Position numbers and translations under genes: made by a program. A DNA stretch of 63,961 bases, counting the filler, from Rhabdomonas costata (taxonomy: Eukaryota): assembly GCA_019059605.1 (NCBI GenBank). It is 39 parts of 39 records of this genome, joined end to end, with 100 filler letters (N's around TTAATTAATTAA, not from the genome) between each part and the next. Parts side by side here need not be neighbours in the genome. Positions count along the whole stretch, not along the records: positions 26,293 to 27,835 come from JAHMHO010013410.1; positions 27,936 to 29,478 come from JAHMHO010013411.1; positions 29,579 to 31,120 come from JAHMHO010013412.1; positions 31,221 to 32,761 come from JAHMHO010013413.1; positions 32,862 to 34,403 come from JAHMHO010013414.1; positions 34,504 to 36,046 come from JAHMHO010013415.1; positions 36,147 to 37,691 come from JAHMHO010013416.1; positions 37,792 to 39,333 come from JAHMHO010013417.1; 31 more parts are not named here. The stretch is one strand, 5' to 3'. Below the pieces are notes generated by a model. The model did not search any database, was not told the origin of the DNA, and was given only the letters and a program-made list of their open reading frames with translations. Below, piece by piece: positions 27,541-39,433 of the stretch; position 1 is the first letter of the stretch; each line of letters begins with the position of its first letter.

Positions 27541-27835
27541 ATGGTTTGTCATGGCACTAACTCAAGAATAAAAGGTAGTGGAGTAATCGAAACGCTACTA
27601 TCACCGTTTACGGTTCGTAAATATGATGAAGAGATGCACACTAGATCACTTGATCCAGGACATTTTTTTTATAGAAAATGACAGCTGGGTGGAGCCGAAA
27701 ACGGAAGTTCGGCTTCGCCAAAAGTTACACGATGATAAACCACTTAATGATCTTGATGAAGCAGCAAAAGAACATGATCTAGCTTATTTACGCGAAAAAG
27801 AAGAATATGAAGAGATCAAGATAAAACAAAACACA
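27541..27835 (+). pseudogene. Parvovirus-type phospholipase A2 domain protein (adintovirus PLA2X-like), frameshifted and cut off by the contig end
   Basis: Removing one T from the T8 run at 27663-27670 joins MVCHGTNSRIKGSG...EEMHTRSLDPGHFF to IENDSWVEPKT...KPLNDLDEAAKEHDLAY (PLA2 PxNxLDxAAxxHDxAY). The Ca-loop GPG position reads EPK. Confidence 0.75.
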
Positions 27836-28121
27836 NNNNNNNNNNNNNNNNNNNNNNNNNNNNNNNNNNNNNNNNNNNNTTAATTAATTAANNNNNNNNN
27901 NNNNNNNNNNNNNNNNNNNNNNNNNNNNNNNNNNNTTTGTGGGTGCTGCAGATCGCCTCAGGTAATCCAAGTCCAAACCCCTCGACCCCTCCCCAAAGGG
28001 GAGGGCCGACTCGCAGCCCCATCTCCAGCACATACACACAATTCTGAGCAATCCGATGGTCTGCACAGTTGCCCTTCAGCCCACACTGCCCTCACCCCAC
28101 GCGTGACGCAGTCCTCTCCGC

Positions 28122-28810
28122 TCAGTCGTCGGGGCTGAAGAGGGCGCCGAACTGGGCCTCTCGGCGGGCGCGGGAGCGCTGCACATCGGTACGCTTTTGG
28201 GTGTCCTCGCTGGCCTGCAGGCGGGTGGCCTTCTCCGCCTTGGTCTCCGTGCGGGCGGCCCCGCTGAGGTCGACCTGGACCTCCAGGATCTCGCGCAGCA
28301 GGGGGTTGAAGATCAGGTGGGGCCCCAGCCCGGGCCCCAGCAGCCCACGGAAGGCGGCCACCTGTGGCCGGCACAGCAGACAAAACGAGAGCGTGTAGAG
28401 GTATGTGGGTGTCGTCTCTACAAAAAAAAACGTTGAGATCTCAAAGAAAAATCGAAACACTTGAGGCCCCATGCATTGCAATTCACCCGGAGCAGCACAA
28501 CCCCGTCTTGCTGTTTGAGTCCTCCAAGAAAACCACAGAAACAAACGCAATCACAAACGCAATCAGGTGCACAACTTGCATGGCTTCGTTTCGGTCTTGA
28601 GTAGACAACGAAAGAGTGTGGGACACATACTGATCTACCCAATGACCCCTACAATGCCCGCTCCCGCACGTACCCGCTTTACGCCGACCCATGTCGGGAA
28701 CTCCAGGCTGAAGTTCTTCAGCTTGAGCTTCTCCGTGGGGTACTCATTCTCCCCAATCGTCTGCAGCACTCTGCGCACCAGTGCAACCACTTCAGAGACC
28801 GCGCTCTTGC
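28122..28810 (-). CDS. IFRD family protein, last two exons
   Basis: Exon ending 28674 (RRVLQTIGENEYPTEKLKLKNFSLEFPTWVGVKR|gt) joins exon 28361-28122 (VAAFRGLLGPGLGPHLIFNPLLREILEV...stop), resembling the IFRD C-terminus FxxVLGxGxxxHLxxNxxLRxVF. The 5' edge is approximate. Confidence 0.7.
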
Positions 28811-29953
28811 CACCGGATCGGACCGGACCGGACCAAATTGGTTCGACTGGGTCTTTATCAGAAAAAGTAAAGCACTTAAGCTTTGTCCGCGCTGAGAGCA
28901 TTCAACGTCGATTGCCCGCTGGGCAGCGAGACCTCCTCTGACAATTTCCTACATCCCTGAATAAGAGAATGATGGTGGACCGACTAAGTAACTTCAACCA
29001 GTCGTCACTCCCTCCGCTCCGCTCCGGTCGTTTCTCCACCTCAATGTCGGCTACGCCTCCGCTCCAACCTCCTACTCCGCTAGGCTCGTGCCATCCTACT
29101 ACGGTCATGCGCTACGCTCGAAATGCCCTACGGGTATTCAAAAGCCCAAAGTGAGGGAGTGATGCTAAATGGAGCCCGCAGGGCCCGACGCCTGCGCGCT
29201 ACGCTTTGTCACCGCATTCCGCGCTACACTCGGCTCGTGATGTCTCAACCCCCATGCCAGCGGCGACACGACAAAAGGTATCCATTATCCAAGCGAAAAG
29301 CGTCAAATGCCAAATGGGATAGGGAAAGTCCCAAATCTAAGAGATGAAAACTTCTTGGAGAGGCGCGCGGGTGCAAACGAAGGAAACAGGCGTTCTTCTT
29401 GCGTGGTGGAGGTTCCAGCTACACTGTCTGCTGGCTAGTTTGGCGCTTCATTGTGCTTCAGACCTCGAACCCACAAACNNNNNNNNNNNNNNNNNNNNNN
29501 NNNNNNNNNNNNNNNNNNNNNNTTAATTAATTAANNNNNNNNNNNNNNNNNNNNNNNNNNNNNNNNNNNNNNNNNNNNGGGGTGGGGGGGGGCGAGGAAA
29601 AGTGGGCACGCACTGGTGTCAGTCGCAGCAGACTGTTGTTGGATGCCGCGGGCAGGAGGGACCAGGACTTGAGTGAGCTCCTACGGCCGAAGGCAGGCAA
29701 AGGGTCGGAAACAAAGGCTTTGGAACTTTGTCCTCAAAGACTGTTGGCGTTGATTTGTTCGGGCAACAAGCAGACCCGGACCCGCAACAAGAGGTCAGCA
29801 ACAGCTCAGTTCGGAGCGAGCTAAGTTCATGGTTCCTGACTCAATAGACCCAACGGGGCTCGATCGGTGGATAAAATTAAAGATGAAAGATTATGGCACA
29901 TCTAACAAAGGCACAAGGGGGACGACGGATTGGGGAAATGGGATCCTCCGCAC

Positions 29954-30142
29954 CAGGCACTGGCGCAGGCTGGCGTAGACCTCGGCCAGCCCTTGGACCT
30001 CCCCGCTGAGAGGGGTGGGTTCCCAGATGGCCTCCCAGTGCCGGAGCATCTGCCGCACTTCCCTGGCCAGGCTGCGGGGAAGCTCCCCGGAAGTGCTGCG
30101 CTGGGCCAGCGCTTGCAAGAGGCTTCCTGCCTTGGCAACGTC
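29954..30142 (-). CDS. Single exon, helical protein (weak VHS-domain resemblance)
   Basis: ag|GAC...CTG|gt, 63 codons, containing EVRQMLRHWEAIW...LAEVYASLRQ. Confidence 0.35.
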
Positions 30143-31456
30143 CTAAAGGATACGCAAATGCACACCTACAGGCCCACCCACACCAATGGGAAAAGCCCAG
30201 TGTTGCCCATGACGCACCATGTGGGGAGACAAGTTGGGAGGTCGGCAAACACAAAACCCTGCCTTTCGGTTCCAAACACACGCCAGGTACAGGTAACCCG
30301 ATGACCGGCAGGGGGAAGTCGAAGCTCACTCAGGTTACCATTATGTCACTCCAATCCCACACGGAGGTGTCTAAGATTGGGAGGGCAGCGGTCATACATT
30401 TGGGTGATCATTCTAGTTGAATTCGGTAACCTTTGCTATGATGACGGACCCTCACCCAAGGGCTTAGAAATGGACTACCCACACCCAGATAATGACACCC
30501 GCAACCCGAACTTACCGGCATTGCCGGGTTTTGCGCAAAAGTTCCAGCGGCTCTGCTGGAGTTGAAAAGCAGACCAACAAGGAAGGACGATGTAATGCCT
30601 TCTTGTTCAATTGTTTCACAAACCTGTGCTTGCCTTGATAGTGAATTTTCTCATGCAAGATTCTTTCGGCTCTTTGCTGTGCGACGATAGCGATCTCTGC
30701 TTCCGCAAGAGGCCACAGGCTGAATACCCATTGACCGGCCAAATAAACCAGCAGAGTGTGGACAATCCATATGAAAAGCGGGGTTGTCTGCGTGTTGAGC
30801 CGCAGTAGCTGCTTTTGCTGGGTTTCACATGGCGTCCTGCGGTTCAATCCAGGTGTTTTCTGACGCTTGACCACGGCTTGCATTTTTTATGTAGATTCTC
30901 CCTTTTGAGACAAACGGGGGCCATAAATATCCGCAACCGACCAAGGGAGATGATTGTTTATCTAGCACATCAAGATGGAAAAATTTCCGGTCTGAATCAA
31001 GGGGGCTGCCGACCTCTAGGCCGAGGGCCTCGGGGAGGGCAGAGGGGTGGGCTGCGCGGCGCAGCAGCCCCATGGCTCCCCCCACGGGGGTCTCCAGCAG
31101 GCCCTCCACGAAGCACCCCCNNNNNNNNNNNNNNNNNNNNNNNNNNNNNNNNNNNNNNNNNNNNTTAATTAATTAANNNNNNNNNNNNNNNNNNNNNNNN
31201 NNNNNNNNNNNNNNNNNNNNTTTGTGTTGTCATTCTCTCACGCTCATATTTTCGTTTAACGTTGGTGTGACCACCCCTCCAATATCAGTGGCACCCGATA
31301 CACGCTGCACCGGATGCTCTCATCATTCTGCGCAGTTTTCTTTTCAATATCACCTTAATGGGGGTGATTCAAGGAGGCAATTCGGAACTGTTCAAAAAGA
31401 ACATGAGGTCTCAGCTCTGTAATACAGAGGGGATAGGCTTTGGTTTTGGTTGGCAG

Positions 31457-32521
31457 GCAACAAGATGGACGTCCTCAACCAGAAAACCATTGAGACCTTG
31501 CACCAACTTATCCGTGGCCAGAACTTCTCCGACGCCCATTGCGCAGCGGTTATTCCTGTGATGCTGCAGTTCTTCGCCAAGATCTGTGCCGATGGTGTGA
31601 CATATTACCTATGCTACTTCGCCGCTCCCTCCAAGTTTCGCATGCTTGTACTCGACATTCTCGTGGTGCGGCGTCATTGTGGGTGTGGATAGTGGATAGG
31701 AGGACTTATCCTTGTGATTGCCGGAATGGAAGGTGGACTCTGTTAACTCTTTTCTTCTTACCGGATTGGGTGTCAGGCAAGAAATTGTGTTCCGTGTGGT
31801 TAGTTTCATCATGATGCTGCTGATTGGATCGAGACAGCTTTGGCAGAAGATAGGGGCATTACTTTTAATGATGGTGTGAAGAACCAGGATAGGGACGGCA
31901 TTTTGCCTGACCGATGCTCATATGTGTGTCGGTTTTTGCCGAGTACCCGACTTCTCTGCGCCACTTTCTCATCGTTATTTGCTTCCTTACTGTATTCCCC
32001 TTCCACTTTCCGGTGCTACTCCTTCTGTGTGATTCGATTTTTTGAAAATAGTCCCATTAACATGCTTGAAGTTTGAGCTGTGGAGCAGTACTTCCCACCC
32101 CCGACTGTCAACATTCCAAAAAAAAAAAAGCCCCCAAAAGGGCTATCGACGAGTTTGCCACGATTGTATTGATACTGTTAACGCAGAATTGAGTTAATGA
32201 CGAGTTTCCCTGCCTGTATGATGTGTGTTTTCGGTTGCTCTTTCTGCATCGCAGCTGCTTTGGCCCCGCTAGCCGTGACTCACGACCTGCTGGGCTGCCT
32301 GAACACCGCTCTGCGGTGGGTTCTCCGCTCGGGTGCGACGAAGGAGCTGCAGACCTGCCTGTCCATGGTGCAGGGCTTGGCCGCCTCCCAAGGCGCGGAT
32401 CCGGCTTTGGTTTTTCCGTCCCTTGTCGCAGGACTCTCTGACGCCAAGACCTACTCCATGCTCAGTACGTCTCTGGCACTGCTTTCTGCCGCCTTCCACT
32501 TCCAGCAAAAATCCAATGAGG
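31457..32521 (+). CDS. Exons of an unknown alpha-helical (ARM/HEAT-like) protein
   Basis: Exons 31457-31594 and 32255-32521 join in phase 1 across a GT-AG intron and have GC3-rich codons. Confidence 0.55.
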
Positions 32522-32863
32522 GTAGAGGGTATGTGAGTCCATTCAGAAACAGTCCAGGTTTTGGAGATGCAACGTTGCAGCCGCAGCACCCGTACCCTCA
32601 CTCTGGTGGACACTTTCACCCGCACGCACCACTGTGCTGCAGTACCTTTGCCCTGCACACCTACACAGACATCAAAGCACAAACGTACACATAGTCAAGT
32701 GCAAACGGATAATTTTGCAGATCTTTATTCGGTTCACCACCCCACCAAACACACCCACCACNNNNNNNNNNNNNNNNNNNNNNNNNNNNNNNNNNNNNNN
32801 NNNNNTTAATTAATTAANNNNNNNNNNNNNNNNNNNNNNNNNNNNNNNNNNNNNNNNNNNNGG

Positions 32864-34110
<1,247 letters not shown>

Positions 34111-34505
34111 CTATCAGTGCGTGGGTGGCGGATGGGAGTGAGGGCCCCTCTCCTACCCATTAGGTGTCTGCAAATGCCATCTGACCCCATCTGCCGTCAA
34201 CTAACACTATGTGACGCCATCCGAATCTCTCAGGAAGGCCACTGTGTGACTTCTTACATCTTCATGCTCCTTTGCCCTTTGCTGTTGGCCCAGGAGTCCG
34301 TCCCTCTTTCCAAGTGTTTGGTCGGCGTTTCAGCTGACAATTGCAGCCCATTGCAGCCCTCCCACTCTGCACACACAAGGGAGGGTCGATACACCACCCA
34401 CAANNNNNNNNNNNNNNNNNNNNNNNNNNNNNNNNNNNNNNNNNNNNTTAATTAATTAANNNNNNNNNNNNNNNNNNNNNNNNNNNNNNNNNNNNNNNNN
34501 NNNTT

Positions 34506-34633
34506 GGGTTAGGAGGCGATGCACGTGTCCCATAGGACTGGTTATTGATCTCGCAAGGGGTTAGGAGGCGATGCACGTGTCCCATAGGACTGGTTATTGA
34601 TCTCGCAAGGGGTTAGGAGGCGATGCACGTGTC
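34506..34633. repeat. 52-bp tandem repeat, ~2.5 copies
   Basis: TTAGGAGGCGATGCACGTGTC recurs at 34509, 34561 and 34613. Confidence 0.9.
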
Positions 34634-35540
34634 TCGTAGATCTACGGTCTTCTTTAATCGTTTTCACAGACGGTCTCAAAGCTTATCGCGTTCTTCCCTC
34701 TCTCTCAGACGTGACCTCTGTCGTCGTTTTGTGCGGCATCGGGCAAAAGAATTTGTTCGTTTAGTTCAGGTACAAAGTGTTCCTCTTGTGGCCGGGACTC
34801 AGGTTCTCGACGGCACACGGGGTACCGTCAAGAATACTCTTCGGGGTCGTCGTGGCGTTCTCTTGCACGTGCAGAAGCAATAGAATAAGAGCGGGGGGTC
34901 ACAGGATAAACTTGCTTCCATACTGGGGGGCCACAGGTTAAACGTATAGGTATCCCGACTAACATTCCTGATTGAGCCGTGCCCGCTTGCTGCTCCCATA
35001 CACCCATGGGAAGAGTTTTTGAGGGTGGTGCGCACGGATGTTCTCTCTTTGTTTGCCTTGTCTTTTCTGTTCAGGAGTGTGCGCACACGAGGAACCAGGA
35101 GGCCAGCAACGCCTCATTACAGGTAACTTCTGGTGAGGATGTGAGAGTCCGATGAGTTACCGGGAGGAGGACGGGGCAGGGGGACGTGAAGCAATTTCGC
35201 TTTTCCAAATGGCCCGATTTGCCGCATATGAGTGGCGAACAGAAATACAGAGGCATCCTCACCCTTCGCGACAAAGCCGGCGGCCGAGGGTTACGGTCCG
35301 CCCATGTGCGGTCAACATTTCCGACAACATTCAGGGGATTGCCCTTGCCTCACTGTTCACTGGGAGGGGGGGCCTTGTGTGTGTGTGTGTGTGTGCCGAC
35401 CTCGGTGCCTGAGAGTATCCGTACCAGTGTTCTCCCTTCACCCATCTCTCTCTCTCTCTCTGTATGCGTTTATGTGTGTGTGGTTGTGGTGGCAGCAGAC
35501 AGGCGGACGTGGCTGGCTGCTGTTGGCTGGGGGTGCACAG

Positions 35541-35985
35541 GTGGACCTTGGGATTGCGATCCACACCGGTGACCTGATGCTGGGCACCGTGGGGGACCAG
35601 CACCGGATGGAAACCGCGGTGATTTCCGAGGCCATGGCCGTCACTCTGCTGGTGTGGCTTCCCCTCCCCACTCCCTTTTGTCCGACGGAGTCCGAAGTCC
35701 TCGAAGAAGATCGGTTGTCGTGTTGGTGGCAAGTGCTTCCAGAAATACACTCCTTTCCTCGAGTTGATTACCTCAGGACTGCGATTCGTTCATAGCAAAG
35801 TCGAACTTTTCTTAGTTCTTAGTTTCTTAGTTCTTTCTATTCTTTACATTCGCGTGCATGACTTTAAACAACCTATCTTGTTGCTGTTTCGTTTTTGGGT
35901 CTTCTTTGCCAATGTGTAGTGCTGATCCTTTTCGCAGATTACTAACCTTACTTCCACGTACCAGGCCAAGATGCTGCTCTCCCGG
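35541..35985 (+). CDS. Class III adenylate/guanylate cyclase domain, C-terminal part, with degenerate catalytic motif
   Basis: Exon 35541-35651 VDLGIAIHTGDLMLGTVGDQHRMETAVISEAMAVTLL joins the exon from 35938 ITNLTSTYQAKMLLS (cf. GIHTGxxxxGxxGxxxRxxxxVIxDAVNxASRLExLTKxYxxxILIS). Confidence 0.8.
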
Positions 35986-36146
35986 GAGAGCAGCATCTTG
36001 GCCTGGTACGTGGAAGTAAGGTTAGTAATCTGCGAAAAGGATCAGCNNNNNNNNNNNNNNNNNNNNNNNNNNNNNNNNNNNNNNNNNNNNTTAATTAATT
36101 AANNNNNNNNNNNNNNNNNNNNNNNNNNNNNNNNNNNNNNNNNNNN

Positions 36147-37116
36147 CCGCATCAGTAGGACCACAGTCATTGACCTTCCGGGCAAGGATTGCCCATAGGT
36201 TTTCCAAAGGATTTAGGTCTGGCGATCTTGCAGGCCAATTTTCCAAGGCACGGATGCCCATTCTGGCAAGAAATTCACTTACAACTCCGGCTGTGTGTGC
36301 CCTTGCCCCGTCGTGCATCAGAACTTTGTCCTTCAGGATTTAAAGATTGGCTTTGAGGCATTTATCACGGTAAACCTCGGCATTTACAGTCGTGGTTGGA
36401 AGAACAATAAGCTTCTTCACACCAACTCCAATCAAACCCCAGACGTGAACTTTGGGTGCCCAGCGATCCCTGCCAAGTGGCTCCACTGTCTCTCCAGGCA
36501 TGACCCATTCCCATGCACATCCGTGGTCATTGCAGTCGAAATACTTTTCGTCCGTAAAGAGGAGTGTTTCACAGTCAAGCCCCGATCGGATTTTCTGACA
36601 AAAGTGCAGCCTTTGCCCGATGTCGCCTACTCGGATTCGAGGAGCTTTTGGCCTCCGTCTGGCAATGGCTCCCAGAGACCATAAATCCCGACGGACAGTC
36701 ATTGCAGTAACAGCAATGCCATCCGTACATGCCAATTTCCTGGCAATTGCTGCACAAGACGGGAACACTCGTCTTGTTAATGTCACCGGCCTCGCTTTTG
36801 GTCCTCTGACATTTGAATGCTGGCGCTTGACAGTTACTTTCTGGCCTTGATAACATTTGACTAACTGGCGCCTTTTGCGTATCATAGACTGCATGGACGC
36901 GCTAAGACGAGGAGGGCTCGGACAGTATTGCCTGGATGATGGAGGTAACTTCTTCCTAAGATGGTCTCGAATCGTGCGCCAGTCAACACCTAAACGCTTG
37001 GCAATAAAATTAATGCTTCGCCCCTGGGAGCTCCACTCGTGGGCCAAGAAATATCCTGTATCCGTCATTCTCCCTTTTGGACATCGATAACGAACAGATG
37101 GGCGAACAGCAGGCAT
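36147..37116 (-). mobile_element. IS630-Tc1-mariner transposase, DD35E spacing, one in-frame stop
   Basis: HTH (SINFIAKRLGVDWRTIRDHL), second HTH (AIARKL...TVRRDL), LFTDEK, VHVWG, MHDGARAH and WPARSPDLNPLENLW; 35 residues lie between the second D and the E. TAA at 36340-36342. Confidence 0.92.
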
Positions 37117-37937
37117 TGAAAGGAAAAATCGAGCGTTTTGGGGAACAACACAATCAAAGGACAGTCTGCCCTGAAAAAAGACTACAGGCGCTTCGAAAAA
37201 ATATTGCACGCAGGGAGGGCAACAAGTTTGTGCAGTCTTTTGTCATCAGCACGATCCTTCCTGTCACGCTCAACAATCACAAAACTTGCACCGTAACTTG
37301 AACGACGCTTGGAGCTCCACAGGCACACAACAGTTCCAGGGAGCTTTTTCACAGGACCGCGTCCAGAAGCAATGACACGCCGGGCCAAAAGAACAGCAGT
37401 GTCAATGGCACGATCCTGGGCAGATTTTTTCGCACGCCACCGTCGTGTTCTCTCTGCCCCCGAGGCACCAGTGCCCCACCGCCGCCGCGTTTTTCGAACA
37501 TTGCGGCCGCTGGTATCCTGGCTTCCACACTCAAAAAGAAAGCGCTTTTTAGCCATTATGAAGGAAAATAACTGCACAGAATCTGTCACATACCATCGCA
37601 AAGTACGTTACACCGTAAACTCAGAACTCCACCAAAAGCTGCCCCCAGATTCAAACACGAACTCTATACACCCCAATCCTCAAATATCCTTNNNNNNNNN
37701 NNNNNNNNNNNNNNNNNNNNNNNNNNNNNNNNNNNTTAATTAATTAANNNNNNNNNNNNNNNNNNNNNNNNNNNNNNNNNNNNNNNNNNNNCAAGTTCTT
37801 GTTGTGCCCATCCCTTCCTTCTGGATGTCAGCCTCTGTATCAGTGGGTAAAAATCTTTGTCTTTACACTTTTCTGCAACGGGACCAACATGCTCCCTGCG
37901 TGTGAGAGAGAGGTTTTGGTTTCTGTTGCTACTGCAG

Positions 37938-39289
37938 TACCGACCTCCTGCTGCTCCTGGAGAAGGACTCCACGGTGCTGGTGTACCTCTGGGACCACGG
38001 TGCGTATGAAAACGGAGAGGAGGGGTAGCAAGCCTAGCTGAGGAAGGGAGGGAGAGGGGTTATAAGTCTTAACGCAGTTGGTTTTCGTCCGTGAAGAAAC
38101 CCATCGGAATGCCTTAGCACATTACCAGATGTCAACGGTGAACGACCTCCCCCTCGCTGGGTTGGCAACGTCGCTGGCGCTTCTTTTTGTTCTGTCTGCC
38201 CACGTAACTGCCCTCACTCTCAATGTAGTGCGTGCGTTTTTTGTCCCTCTCCTCTCATTGCTCTCTCTCTGCCTGTGTCGGTTCCATCCCAACCTGTCTG
38301 TGGTAACCCCGCCGTCCTCAGTCTTGTGCCGTCTTAGATGGGTACAGCTTCGCGTCCAGCGCGGCGCAGAGAATACCGCTGGGGCAGCGCACATCGGGGG
38401 CGGTGGTTGGGCTCACCGCGGCTGACTTCGACCTGGACGGCCGCGCCGACCTCCTGGCCTCCACCCAGGCACCCCTCTCCAAACCACGGCACTTGCGCTT
38501 CTTCTTCTGAGCATCTCACGCTGTTTCTCATAAACACAATAAGCATCGTCTTCCTTGCCCACAGGCCTTCCAGACTCTCACGAGATCGATGCGTTTGGGG
38601 TGTGCCACCAGGGAGCTCAGATGGGACATGAGCCGGGGAGAGAAAAAGTGCTCGCGGGAAACCAGAGGCACTGCACCCCCCCCCTCCCCCAAAAAAAAGC
38701 AGCGGCTTGCTCGGACCTTGTTAAGGCATCCACACCCAGGATTAAACCAAAAAGCAGGGAAACGGAGTGAGGCTTGCAATCGTAAAAGCACAATCACTGC
38801 GTCATTTTGCAAGGTGCCCCAGTTAGCGCTGGGTTGCGGTTTCAAACGTGTTGCCCTTTGGGTTTCTCGCCGCCGGTGCGCTGTGTTTGTGTGTACGTGT
38901 GTGTGGTGTGCTCAGGCTTCTGCGGACTCCACCGCTCTGCAGCACACGCTGTACTTGCAGCGCAGTGATGGCACAGTGGGAGGTATGCCATACCACAGGC
39001 AGGAGGTGAACCCGATGAGCACTCTCCGGCAATCGCGCTGTTAGAAACGGTTTTCGGTCGGGCGGTTCGCTTCCCCTCTGCTGCGGTGTGTTATGTACTA
39101 TGTGTGGTGGGTATTTTGAGGAGGGGGGTACTCAGGTCCGCTCTCCGTGGGGGCCTCCACGGGGCAGGTGCTGGCCAGCAACCTGTTTGGCAGCGGGCGG
39201 GTGGACCTCTTTGGGGCCTCCACGGACGGCACTCGGGTGTTCTGGAAGAACGACCTCACTGAGGGCGGCGGGGGCTCCTTCGAGATGAG
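37938..39289 (+). CDS. ITFG1: ITFG1/LINKIN (TIP)-like FG-GAP repeat protein, four exons (partial)
   Basis: Exons 37938-37999, 38338-38468, 38916-38982 and 39136-39289 splice in phase: TDLLLLLEKDSTVLVYLWDHDGYSF...AADFDLDGRADLL...GRVDLFG...VFWKN. The second intron needs a GC donor. Confidence 0.7.
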
Positions 39290-39433
39290 GTCCTGAGCCC
39301 CCTGGCCTTTTCGTAGTCACCTGCCCCCCCCACNNNNNNNNNNNNNNNNNNNNNNNNNNNNNNNNNNNNNNNNNNNNTTAATTAATTAANNNNNNNNNNN
39401 NNNNNNNNNNNNNNNNNNNNNNNNNNNNNNNNN

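Larger units (their letters stand above)
26293..27835. mobile_element. Fragment of an endogenous Polinton-like virus / adintovirus-type element (capsid module)
   Basis: The whole contig is strongly AT-rich, intronless and gene-dense, unlike the host contigs. It carries penton-like, PLA2-like and fibre-like genes. Confidence 0.8.
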
